This document shows, piece by piece, positions 38,801 through 47,087 of a stretch of DNA of 64,000 nucleotides. How positions within the stretch are numbered: the stretch's first letter is position 1; the number at the start of each line of letters is the position of its first letter. The notes beneath the pieces were generated by a model. That model worked only from the letters and a program-made list of their open reading frames with translations. It was not told where the DNA came from and did no database searches. Source of the DNA: Coriobacteriia bacterium. Lineage in GTDB: Bacteria > Actinomycetota > Coriobacteriia > Coriobacteriales > UBA8131. Location of the stretch: the NCBI GenBank assembly GCA_009784945.1, contig WQXH01000006.1:1658-65657 (forward strand), given 5' to 3'. Position numbers and translations under genes: made by a program.

Positions 38801-40049
38801 AATAGGCAATGATGCTACTGGTGGCAACGTAGCTAACATCAATCGCGCTTTTTATGCCGCTCCCAACAGCCTTCCTGTTTCTTATGTTTGGTGGACTGAT
38901 GGGATGAGCGCAGATCCTGGTGGGCCGGGAACCCTCTGTGCGCTTGGCGCTCCTTATCCGTACAATGACTACTACGATCATTCGATAATCCCTGATAACC
39001 AATTTGTTAAGATGGTTGCTGGACCCTTTGCAATTGTCAATGATAAAGAACTCCGGGGTGTCGTAGGCGACACACTTGCAAAAGGCGAGACGGCAGAGCT
39101 CTGGATCTTTGGCGTGCACTTAGATCCTGCTTCTTTGATAGACACCATTGCGTCTGACTGGTTTGCCTTTTTGCCAGCTGGCCTCTCTGTCGAGGTCACA
39201 GAGCTTGTTTCCTTTGGCTCTTCTGTTTATTCCTGGGCTTTGACTTTGGAGTTTTCCGAAACGCCCCTGGAAAAATCAACAGATGTCTTTGATATTACGA
39301 TTCCTGAGAGTGCGGTGGGCGTTTTATCCATGCTCCCTCTTGGCGCTGTCAGCTCGCTTGCAGACGGCGCAGGACTGCCTGTGATACCTAACCCCAATGC
39401 AAGATTTAATATTGCTGCAGTTTTTGATTTCTTTGTAGGCGCTACCGCTGGGGGCATGGTTTCTGGCGCATCCACTGGTCGCTACCTTGCAGGCACATCC
39501 ATACTCGCCAATGCCGTGGCTCTTCCAGGTTATCACTTTACCGGTTGGACGGTTTTGGGTGCAACGATTTTGGGGGCCCTTGGTGCTCATTCTGCTGCCT
39601 TTGGCATGCCCGAAAACAGAGTTGTTCTCATAGCAAACTTTGAAAAAGACATACCTCCCGTAGAGCCTCCCGATGATGATACAGGCGGCAGCTCTAGCGG
39701 AGGTGGATCTGGAGCAGGTGGCGGTGGCTCCAGCGGTGGCGGCAGCTCGGGCGGAAGTGGCTCTAGCGGAGACGGAAGCTCTAGCGGAAGTGGAAGCAGT
39801 GGTGGAGGCTCTAGCGGCGGCAACGGTAGTTCTGGAGATGGTGGAGGTGGCTCCGGTAATGGCTCTGGGCAAGGCACCAGCAACTCCCCAGGTGCCAGCA
39901 CAAACACCTCTGGCTCAAACAATAATGCCCAAGATGCCAATACTGGCACTCCTAGAACAGGAGATGCAGCCTTAGTTAGCTGGCTCGCAATACTATCCTT
40001 AATTGCGCTGGGCGCTTTTTGCCTCATCAGAGCGCGCGTTAGAGACTAA
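35847..40049 (+). CDS. Giant cell-wall-anchored surface protein with beta-helix-type Gly/Ser/Thr/Ala repeats, a Flg_new-like repeat, a Gly/Ser linker and a sortase-type C-terminus
   Basis: Signal peptide MKRALSLALSMLIALSLTPLGAIAFA. About 24-aa repeats GGxVxxxGxGNAIxAxGAxAxVxV. LPGYHFTGW. About 65-aa G/S linker. C-terminus TPRTGDAAL plus a TM helix plus RARVRD. Start ambiguous among TTG 35826, ATG 35847 and ATG 35856. Confidence 0.85.
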   Translation: MCGMKRALSLALSMLIALSLTPLGAIAFALEENSGLSEVGSTSFDTAEEASAEVPGDTSDDTTAKATEETTEGTLETNPVDSRETSPEYPGENSLDNALDDPLNDSPEQSIDGFEAETPQQEGGALVASHEEDAEEPDGSLSELGADEADPSLSTYAELAWTGSAPPVVEDGDSVTLGGMPSGTLTVPAGATIAIGGTVSGTTAGISLNIGSGATILWSAFLQGTRARTADALITVGGGGMLALESCTIANSGTGSSLIINGANTSVVVGGGAIIDSGGASGNSVLIAASQAVLTVEAGGLIESQDTNSHATVLIQNGILGTTVNVNGGTILSIGSGYAISDGSSFDTGTSNTSHIAIQSGSIISGSACAIRSSGTGSSVVVSGGLVTNAAANNVNPTINMNGGTGTNVIVEGGTVQATLETGNGFAIQTTGNVLVSDGLVSAVNGRAINLIGALSTATVNGGTVQVTGTSASSAAISTATDNPATVINASIRVSGSGKVVAVNGNAINATGANNYVTVEGGSVLTTGGGNAINAGGASATISVIDGIVQTTGSGNGISASGANAQVLAGGGMVQSLGSGHAISATGTNAYVGIDGGKVRASGSGNAINTTGASATVIVNNTADIPSGSQVSATTGWAINATSTVRVLGGFVFAYGQTDSEVIRSSYSLNSPSGNGVVVAWKTPSVYTYVKETAEGLAVYPTSVASATWIFGGIDYSLGTGAGFFEIDVTVFADNGLIFNVNDGKFYVNMDGSGNPYSAANSGFEYTPPPGTTTWDSSSNTLTLDNFSWNANMLDGTDSVQVSLILYGDTSSLTIDLASGSTNSFVSSSKGQTVAQNGLAGIYAFHNVGTLTITGSGTLQAVGGTMSAAGSMSHGIIFECNVIIAGGTVIASGGTTTYTSTGLFRGVSGCDLTIDGGSLVASGAAVSSTGTSAISAGIWLYGTTGNCTIKSGTVATSGGLTTAAQLAISTGIIGSFGVTGGTVTAIGNDATGGNVANINRAFYAAPNSLPVSYVWWTDGMSADPGGPGTLCALGAPYPYNDYYDHSIIPDNQFVKMVAGPFAIVNDKELRGVVGDTLAKGETAELWIFGVHLDPASLIDTIASDWFAFLPAGLSVEVTELVSFGSSVYSWALTLEFSETPLEKSTDVFDITIPESAVGVLSMLPLGAVSSLADGAGLPVIPNPNARFNIAAVFDFFVGATAGGMVSGASTGRYLAGTSILANAVALPGYHFTGWTVLGATILGALGAHSAAFGMPENRVVLIANFEKDIPPVEPPDDDTGGSSSGGGSGAGGGGSSGGGSSGGSGSSGDGSSSGSGSSGGGSSGGNGSSGDGGGGSGNGSGQGTSNSPGASTNTSGSNNNAQDANTGTPRTGDAALVSWLAILSLIALGAFCLIRARVRD

Positions 40050-40056
40050 TCTGCCT

Positions 40057-40207
40057 GTAACTGGCCAGACACTCGCCTGGAGCATACCCTGTTTCAGAAC
40101 CCGGAGGCCTCCGCCAACTGCGGGGCTTAATTCGCTTTGCGAATTGCCCCGCACGCGCTCCAGAACCTGAAACAGAGTATGCTCCAGGCGAGTGTCTGAC
40201 CAGCAAC
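40057..40207. mobile_element. 151-bp palindromic MITE-like element related by its termini to the 110-bp family
   Basis: Termini GTAACTGGCCAGACAC / GTGTCTGACCAGCAAC. Arms of about 44 nt match at about 38/44. Central nested hairpin GCGGGGCTTAATTCGC..GCGAATTGCCCCGC. Flanked by the 8-bp direct repeat ATCTGCCT (40049-40056 and 40208-40215). Confidence 0.6.
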
Positions 40208-40333
40208 ATCTGCCTAGAAAAGCTCCGTCTCTCTGTCTTCTTCTCTTGTGGGAGCTATCGAAAACAGGTAGAGTTGTTGCAGAAACTGCTGACCCAAGAC
40301 AACAGGTATCACAAGTCGGAGAATGTAAACAAC

Positions 40334-41005
40334 ATGGAAAAGATCCTGATTGTGGAGGACGACGTCCACATCAATGAAATGCTATCCAATCTATTGAGTC
40401 AAAACTCATATGCCTTTGCCTCGGCTTATTCCGGCACGGAGGCCTTGCTTCTTTTATCGCAGGAGCACTTCTCTCTTGTACTGCTTGACCTGATGCTGCC
40501 AGGAAAAACTGGTGAGCGGGTTTTGGAAGAAATCCGCGAGAGATCTGCTATTCCAGTGATCGTGCTAACCGCACGTGCAGATAAGGAAACGACGATAGAC
40601 CTTTTGAAATCTGGTGCTGACGATTATCTGGCCAAGCCATTCGATAACAGTGAATTGTTAGCTCGCATTGAGGTTCAGCTTCGGCGTGCCGTGCCCACCG
40701 ACTCCTCAAAGCTGCGTTACAAAGACATCGTTTTAGACCTCGATGGGTATGACGCACTGATATATGACAAAAAAGCAGCACTATCCAAGCGCGAATTTGA
40801 AATCTTGCGCCTGCTGATGTCGCATCCGAATAAGGTGTTCACAAAAAACAACCTCTACGAGAGCGTGTGGGGCGGTGAGTTTTTGGGAGACGACAATACG
40901 TTAAACGTGCATATCTCGAAGCTTCGCGCAAAGCTTCTATCCATCTCGCCCGATACCGAGTATGTACAAACCGTATGGGGCATCGGTTATAAGATGAAAG
41001 AATAG
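40334..41005 (+). CDS. OmpR/PhoB-family response regulator
   Basis: MEKILIVEDD, the phospho-acceptor region LVLLDLMLPG, KPF, and a winged-helix C-terminus (VWG..LRAKL..TVWGIGYK). ATG at 40334. Confidence 0.92.
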   Translation: MEKILIVEDDVHINEMLSNLLSQNSYAFASAYSGTEALLLLSQEHFSLVLLDLMLPGKTGERVLEEIRERSAIPVIVLTARADKETTIDLLKSGADDYLAKPFDNSELLARIEVQLRRAVPTDSSKLRYKDIVLDLDGYDALIYDKKAALSKREFEILRLLMSHPNKVFTKNNLYESVWGGEFLGDDNTLNVHISKLRAKLLSISPDTEYVQTVWGIGYKMKE

Positions 41006-41089
41006 TTTAAGACTTTTTTAAGGTTTAACAGAGGGATAATAAAGACTTGGGGGTTATTCTAGGGGTATCTAAGAAAAGGAGATGCCATT

Positions 41090-42001
41090 ATGGATGTATT
41101 AAGAGCGCAGAGCCTGACAAAGCGCTACAAGAACATAGCTGCCGTAGACAACGTGAGCCTGACTGTTGAAAGGGGCGACATCTTTGGTCTGATTGGACAA
41201 AACGGCGCAGGCAAAACCACGCTGATGCGCTTGGTTGCCTCGCTGACCTTTCCTCATAGCGGGCAAATTGAGCTGTTTGGAGAAACAACCGAGCGCGGAC
41301 TGGCTCAAGCACGCTTGCGTATGGGGTGCATTATAGAAATGCCCGCACTCTATCCTAACTTAACCGCAGTGCAAAACCTGGAGTATTGTCGGATTCAGAG
41401 TGGAATACCCGACAAGACATCAGTACAAAAAGCATTGGAAAAGGTGAGCCTGACCGACACCGGCAAGAAAAAATTCAAGGATTTTTCATTGGGAATGAAA
41501 CAACGGCTGGGGCTGGGGCTGGCATTACTCAAAAATCCTGATTTCATCATCCTTGACGAACCGATTAACGGTCTTGATCCTACCGGTATTATCGAAATGC
41601 GTAACTTGATAAAGGATTTAAACGATCAAGGAATCACGCTCTTTGTATCAAGTCATATATTGACCGAACTCGCGCAGGTAGCCACAAAATACGCCATCAT
41701 ACACAAAGGCAAGCTGCTCAAGACAATGACGCAAGAAGTCCTGCGCGAAGACTGCAAGCGCGCCCTGTCTGTCATAGTTGATGATGTGGCAAGGACTTCT
41801 GTGATTTTAGAAAACGAAATGAACATTCACCTCTACAAGCAAATCAGTGCAAACGAAATCCGCGTATATGAACAGCTTGAGCATTCCGCAGAAGTAAACT
41901 ATAGGCTCAATCTGGCCGGCGTCCGCGTGTCCTCTCTCTATGAGGTTGGAGACAGCCTCGAGGATTACTATAAAAACATCATCGGAGGTGAATCAAGATG
42001 A
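41090..42001 (+). CDS. ABC transporter ATP-binding protein (ABC-2 / lantibiotic-bacitracin-resistance type)
   Basis: Walker A GQNGAGKTTLMR, signature FSLGMKQRLGLGLAL, Walker B IILDEPINGLD. Confidence 0.9.
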   Translation: MDVLRAQSLTKRYKNIAAVDNVSLTVERGDIFGLIGQNGAGKTTLMRLVASLTFPHSGQIELFGETTERGLAQARLRMGCIIEMPALYPNLTAVQNLEYCRIQSGIPDKTSVQKALEKVSLTDTGKKKFKDFSLGMKQRLGLGLALLKNPDFIILDEPINGLDPTGIIEMRNLIKDLNDQGITLFVSSHILTELAQVATKYAIIHKGKLLKTMTQEVLREDCKRALSVIVDDVARTSVILENEMNIHLYKQISANEIRVYEQLEHSAEVNYRLNLAGVRVSSLYEVGDSLEDYYKNIIGGESR

Positions 42002-42822
42002 TGAGATTATTTCGGGCGGATTTATACCGCATCTTAAAAGAAAAAGGCTTATTTATCGTAATGGGGGTTTTAGCGTTTTTTATTGTCCTGCAGATTGCGG
42101 TAACCGCAAGCGTGACTGGAGAAATAGTAATAACAGCAGGCGAGATAGAGCAGGTACAAAACGCGGCAAATGAAGAAATGCCTGCAGACGAAGTTTTCCT
42201 AACGCCCACAGGCGCGGAAGCTCCTTTTAGAGTGACTGGGTACACGCACATTTTGATGTTCATTCTGTTGCCACTTCTTATTTTTATCACCACTGCAGAC
42301 TTTACATCAGGCGCGGCAAAAAACACATTGGCAAGCGGAGTGTCACGATTGAAGTATTACTGTTCAAAGCTGATCATGTCATGCGCTACCTGCACGCTAC
42401 TGCTGCTTATCTATGTTGTGGCATCAACCCTTGCAGCAACGCTTATCAGTGGTTTTGGCGGGACGCTTGACGGGGCGTATATAACCGAGGTTTCAAAAGT
42501 CTTCTTTTCGCAGCTTTTGCTTTGCCTTGCAGTTACCTGTGTGGGCACATTCTTTGTGTTTGCTGTTCGCTCACTCGCTGTCATAGGAGCATTTATAGCC
42601 TTTATGCTCGTTCCGTCTCTCTTGTTATCTGTCTTGTCGGTATTCGATGAATGGTTTATAACATTGCTTAGCTACGATCTTTGCGCAAGTATGAGTATGA
42701 TGTCGCAGGTCGGCTCAATGCCTTCCGAAGACATTACAAAGATTATGTTAGTGGGAGCAGGATATTTGATTGTGGCCGCTGTAGCAGGCTTTGCTGTGTT
42801 TAGAAAAGCAGAGATACAATAA
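41998..42822 (+). CDS. ABC-2-type permease
   Basis: Six predicted TM helices. The start overlaps the ATPase stop by 4 nt. Confidence 0.75.
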   Translation: MMRLFRADLYRILKEKGLFIVMGVLAFFIVLQIAVTASVTGEIVITAGEIEQVQNAANEEMPADEVFLTPTGAEAPFRVTGYTHILMFILLPLLIFITTADFTSGAAKNTLASGVSRLKYYCSKLIMSCATCTLLLLIYVVASTLAATLISGFGGTLDGAYITEVSKVFFSQLLLCLAVTCVGTFFVFAVRSLAVIGAFIAFMLVPSLLLSVLSVFDEWFITLLSYDLCASMSMMSQVGSMPSEDITKIMLVGAGYLIVAAVAGFAVFRKAEIQ

Positions 42823-42844
42823 CAAAGAAAGGCAGTAGGCAGTC

Positions 42845-43732
42845 ATGTTAATTGCATGCATCATAATCAGCGCGGCGCTTGCCGCCGCTCTGATTTGGAT
42901 ACTTTTACTCAAGCGCGATATCCGTCAACTCGCAACAAAGCTCAAACAGATTGTCGGAGTCGATACAAATGCAAATGTAACTACAAGCACCTTCGATAAG
43001 GACATAGCCATGCTCGCGGAAAACGTAAATATCATGCTAGAGCGTAACCGGTGTGAGTCTGTCCTAAAAAATCGCGCTGAAGCCGATTTGAAAAGAGCAA
43101 TCACAAATATCTCACATGATCTTCGCACGCCGTTGACTTCTGCGCTCGGCAATCTGCAAATGCTGGAATCGGGAGACTTGGATGAAGACACGCGGTTACG
43201 ATACTTGAAAACTGCGAGCGGAAGATTGGAAGCGCTCTCAGGTTTAATGAACAACCTGTTTGAGTTTACGCAGATTATTGAAGGTAGGACGAACATAGTC
43301 CTCCAAAAGGTCAATATCTGCAACGCTCTGCGCGACACCCTTTCTGCTTACTATGCCGAATTGGGTGCAAAAGGTTTTATCGTGGATGTAGTTATACCGG
43401 ACACTCCCGCAATCTGTTATTGCGATGGAGATTTGTTGCGCCGTGTGCTACAAAGCTTGATGAAGAATGTCTGTGTGCATGGCAGGGACTTTCTGCACAT
43501 CTGCCTTTATGGCAACTCCATGGAAATAGCTAACAAAGCGGATAATCTTGACGAGTTGGATACCGAGCGTATCTTCGAGAGGTTTTACACCGCCGACGCA
43601 TCCCGAACAAGCAAGAATACAGGGCTGGGGCTTGCAATCTCAAAAGAATTGATTACGCAAATGAACGGGACAATCCATGCTGCCGTGGAAGGCGAGCTAC
43701 TGGTTATGAGGATATCTTTGATGAGTGAGTAG
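42845..43732 (+). CDS. Sensor histidine kinase with a minimal (single-TM) input region
   Basis: One N-terminal TM, H-box ISHDLRTPLTS, N-box LMKNVCVHG, G-box NTGLGLAISKE. Confidence 0.88.
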   Translation: MLIACIIISAALAAALIWILLLKRDIRQLATKLKQIVGVDTNANVTTSTFDKDIAMLAENVNIMLERNRCESVLKNRAEADLKRAITNISHDLRTPLTSALGNLQMLESGDLDEDTRLRYLKTASGRLEALSGLMNNLFEFTQIIEGRTNIVLQKVNICNALRDTLSAYYAELGAKGFIVDVVIPDTPAICYCDGDLLRRVLQSLMKNVCVHGRDFLHICLYGNSMEIANKADNLDELDTERIFERFYTADASRTSKNTGLGLAISKELITQMNGTIHAAVEGELLVMRISLMSE

Positions 43733-43772
43733 TAATTCATAATAGTTACTACTCATTAAACCAGGATGCGAG

Positions 43773-43834
43773 CTCGGGTTCAAATCCCTTCGATTAGTTT
43801 TTTTGGAAATTTTTGGTGTCGGCGGAGGGATTTG
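43773..43834 (-). repeat. Direct duplicate of the tRNA-Leu 3-prime end plus its about 40-nt downstream flank (an att-like scar)
   Basis: 43773-43834 matches 43938-43998 over 61-62 nt with 2 differences. The copy includes TGGTGTCGGCGGAGGGATTT, the last 20 nt of the tRNA-Leu gene. Confidence 0.6.
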
Positions 43835-43977
43835 TGTGTATTTGCTACGCAAATCCACACCCTGCTCACTTGCTCCGCAAGTTCGCGAGCTCGGGCTACG
43901 GCGCGCCACTGGCGCCCCGCTTAACGCCCTCGCCCCTCTCGGGCTCAAATCCCTTCGATTGTTTTTTTGGAAATTTT

Positions 43978-44062
43978 TGGTGTCGGCGGAGGGATTTGAA
44001 CCCTCACGTCCGTTGGACACTAGCCCCTCAAGCTAGCGCGTCTGCCGTTCCGCCACGCCGAC
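43978..44062 (-). tRNA. tRNA-Leu (anticodon GAG)
   Basis: Reverse complement: acceptor GTCGGCG/CGCCGAC, anticodon stem CTAGC/GCTAG with loop TTGAGGG, long variable arm, T arm GAGGG-TTCAAAT-CCCTC, encoded CCA. Confidence 0.88.
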
Positions 44063-44082
44063 ACTTTTAGGTACGCTTTGCC

Positions 44083-44337
44083 TTAGCTAACCATATGCCC
44101 CTGGGGGTAGATGATTACGAGCGCAAGTACACAGAGTATGAAGATGACAGCTGAGATAATGGTGATTCTGTCGAGATTCTTCTCGATAATGCTCGTTCCA
44201 GAGACATTTGAATACACCTGCCCGGCAATCATGTCAGAAAGGCCAGTGCCTTTGGATGAGTGCATGAGGATGGAGCCCACCATAACGAGGGCTGACACAA
44301 GCCAAAAGACAAGAACTATAACAAGTACCACAGACAC
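44083..44337 (-). CDS. secG: Preprotein translocase subunit SecG
   Basis: 84 aa with two TM helices and the central loop HSSKGTGLSDMIAG typical of SecG. Confidence 0.8.
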   Translation of the reverse strand: MSVVLVIVLVFWLVSALVMVGSILMHSSKGTGLSDMIAGQVYSNVSGTSIIEKNLDRITIISAVIFILCVLALVIIYPQGHMVS

Positions 44338-44438
44338 AATAACTCCTTAACATCTTTTCTCAAAGATAATCATACCGTATTTGGCACGGTATGACCAATC
44401 TCGCAAGCGCTTAACTCTTAGCAGCGCGGTTTCTGTAA

Positions 44439-44513
<75 letters not shown>

Positions 44514-44561
44514 AAACGCCAAGATAGTGTACCAGACTTCTCCCTGTGGTTAAAGAGAAAA

Positions 44562-46037
44562 CTATTTGAGCAGGTCTTCGAGATTCTTGAGCTGCGAGGG
44601 GCTCATTCCCTTTTTACTGAGGCCAAGCGAGCTGAGGTCGGGCATACCCCTGCCCATGCCCTTAGACAAGCCCTGCTGCCTTCCTGAGCCTTTTCTTTTG
44701 CTCTTTTTGCCCCCCTTGCGCGGGCGTGACTTTTTAACCACAGAGTCCGCACCGAGGTTCATCTGCTTAAGGATTTTGCGCATGGTCTCATATTGCTTGA
44801 TGAGCTGATTAACAGCAGCAACTTCCACGCCGGCTCCCCTGGCAATTCTGGCACGTCTTGAGCCATTTATTACCGAAGGTTTGGCTCGTTCTGCGGCAGT
44901 CATGGAATTGATGATGATAATCATTCTATCCAGAGCTCCCTCGTCTACCTGGCCATCTGCCAGGGCTTTTTCTCCTCCGGGCAAAGCCTTGAGGAGGGAT
45001 CCCATGCCACCGAGCTTCTTCATCTGCTTATTGATAGTGATAAAGTCGTCAAAGTTGAGCTCGGCTCGCGCAAGGCGTTCTTCTTCTTCTTCGGCTATCT
45101 CTAAGTCTGCTACCTCTTGCGCTTTTTCGATGAGTGACACAACGTCGCCCATGCCCAAGATGCGCTTGGCCATACGGTCGGGATAAAACTCCTCAAGCGA
45201 GGAGGGCTTTTCTCCCTCGGAGGAATAGAGGATCGGCTTGCCTGTAACCGATCTGATAGACAAAGCTCCGCCGCCACGGGCATCGCCGTCGAGCTTGGAC
45301 ATGATGACACCGTCAAAGTCCACGCGCTCGGCAAAGGCTTCAACCACGCCCACGATATCTTGTCCGGTCATGGCGTCAACCACCATCAGTATGCACTCAG
45401 GCTGTACGGCATCGCGAATGGCCTCCGCCTCTGCCATCATCTCTTCATCAACATGAAGGCGGCCGGCGGTATCTATGATGACAACATCGCGCAGATTGTC
45501 GATGGCATCTTGAGTGGCATCTTGAGCAATTTTGATAGGATCCTTACCGCACCCGCGAAACACACGGATGCCAATTTCCTTTCCGAGAGCCTCAAGCTGA
45601 TCTGCTGCCGCCGGACGATACACATCGGCTGCTGCCAGCAAGGGGTTGTGTCCCTGCTTCTTGAGGCGATAAGCGAGCTTGGCGGCAGCGGTAGTCTTTC
45701 CAGAGCCTTGCAAGCCCACCAGCATCCAAACGTTGGGTATGCGGGGCGAAAACTGTAGCTTGACAGCCTCGCTCCCCAACAGATTGGTGAGCTCTTCCAA
45801 AACAATGGCAATGACATTTTGTGCCGGGGTGAGGGATTCAAGCACCTCACTTGTGAGCGCTTTTTCCTTGGTAGAAGCTATAAAGTCTTTGACTACCTTA
45901 AAGTTGACATCTGCCTCCAGCAGGGCAAGGCGAATCTCGCGCATGGCTGCATCAATATCGGCCTCGGAAAGACGACCTTTTGAGCGGAGCCCAGAAAATA
46001 TCGACTGTAGGCGATTGGAAAGATTATCAAACACCAC
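44562..46037 (-). CDS. ffh: Signal recognition particle protein Ffh
   Basis: N domain, G domain GLQGSGKTTAAAKLA, DTAGR, KLDGDARGG, and a Met-rich M domain. Confidence 0.96.
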   Translation of the reverse strand: MVFDNLSNRLQSIFSGLRSKGRLSEADIDAAMREIRLALLEADVNFKVVKDFIASTKEKALTSEVLESLTPAQNVIAIVLEELTNLLGSEAVKLQFSPRIPNVWMLVGLQGSGKTTAAAKLAYRLKKQGHNPLLAAADVYRPAAADQLEALGKEIGIRVFRGCGKDPIKIAQDATQDAIDNLRDVVIIDTAGRLHVDEEMMAEAEAIRDAVQPECILMVVDAMTGQDIVGVVEAFAERVDFDGVIMSKLDGDARGGGALSIRSVTGKPILYSSEGEKPSSLEEFYPDRMAKRILGMGDVVSLIEKAQEVADLEIAEEEEERLARAELNFDDFITINKQMKKLGGMGSLLKALPGGEKALADGQVDEGALDRMIIIINSMTAAERAKPSVINGSRRARIARGAGVEVAAVNQLIKQYETMRKILKQMNLGADSVVKKSRPRKGGKKSKRKGSGRQQGLSKGMGRGMPDLSSLGLSKKGMSPSQLKNLEDLLK

Positions 46038-46164
46038 GTACTCCTTTTATCGTTTAGACACTTGTAGCCCGAGGTGATGGTTCTCGTGGCCATACCCAAG
46101 CACTGTACAAGGTGCTGCACCAGTGCCACAACCCTCAAACAAAACCGTCCCAGCTCCTGCTGAA

Positions 46165-47085
46165 TTATGCCATAAGAGCATTGACAAACTCTTGTGGGTC
46201 AAAGGGTCTCAGGTCGTCAATGTGCTCGCCCACGCCTATTCTCACGATGGGAAGCGCCAGCTCTTCAGAAATGGCCACCGCTATACCGCCTTTGGCAGTG
46301 CCATCGAGCTTGGTTACTATTACGCCGTCTAGCTCCAGGCTTGCATTAAAGGCACGTGCCTGCGCTAAACCGTTTTGGCCGGTAGTGGCATCTAAAACCA
46401 GGAGAGTCTTGACCTCAAAGGGAGTAGGCTCTACCGAGGCTGCACGCTTACGGGTAACATTGACCACCTTGGCAAGCTCACGCATCAGGTCATCAGAGGT
46501 ATGCAGGCGACCAGCTGTATCGATCAGCACCTGATTGGCACCGCTTTTCTCGGCTGCTTCTATCACCTCAAAGGCTACCGAGGCGGGGTCGGCTCCTCGC
46601 TCGCGCTTAATGACCGGCACCTGCGCTCGCTCAGCCCAAATATCAAGTTGTTCTATAGCCGCTGCCCTAAAGGTGTCAGCAGAGCCCACCAAAACCTTGC
46701 GACCATTTTGGCTGCCGTCCTTGGCAAGCTTTCCTACCGTCGTGGTTTTACCTGAGCCATTAATGCCCACAAAAAGTATACAAACAGGGTTAATGTCAAA
46801 GCAATCTTCTTTGGCGGTGGCAAAGAGCTTTGCCATCTTCTCATAAAAGAGCTTCATTACGGCGGCACCATCTGGTAAGGCCTTGCGCGTTGACTCATCT
46901 TGCAGCTCGCCTACGATGCGCGTGGTAGCCATGACGCCAAAGTCGGCAGCAATCAGAGTCTCTTCCAGGTTGTCCCAAAAATCCTCGTCTACTTCAGGAG
47001 AAAGCTCAAAGTAGACGTTGAGAGACTCAGACAGTTGTTTGCGCGTGCGCGAGAGCCCTTCGCTGAGTCTATTCAGCCACGACAT
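46165..47085 (-). CDS. ftsY: SRP receptor FtsY (short form without an A domain)
   Basis: GINGSGKTTTVGKLA, DTAGRLH, TKLDGTAKGG. Confidence 0.95.
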   Translation of the reverse strand: MSWLNRLSEGLSRTRKQLSESLNVYFELSPEVDEDFWDNLEETLIAADFGVMATTRIVGELQDESTRKALPDGAAVMKLFYEKMAKLFATAKEDCFDINPVCILFVGINGSGKTTTVGKLAKDGSQNGRKVLVGSADTFRAAAIEQLDIWAERAQVPVIKRERGADPASVAFEVIEAAEKSGANQVLIDTAGRLHTSDDLMRELAKVVNVTRKRAASVEPTPFEVKTLLVLDATTGQNGLAQARAFNASLELDGVIVTKLDGTAKGGIAVAISEELALPIVRIGVGEHIDDLRPFDPQEFVNALMA

Positions 47086-47087
47086 GA

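Noticed and set aside
39324-40027. Minus-strand ORFs of 182 aa and 146 aa, Pro/Ala/Ser/Thr-rich
   Set aside because: They are antisense readings of the Gly/Ser linker and the C-terminus of the giant adhesin, and are low-complexity artefacts.
43697-44070. Three overlapping small ORFs (107, 77 and 85 aa) in the HK-to-secG gap
   Set aside because: They overlap the tRNA-Leu gene and its duplicated 3-prime segment, so the open frames are explained by repeated structured sequence.
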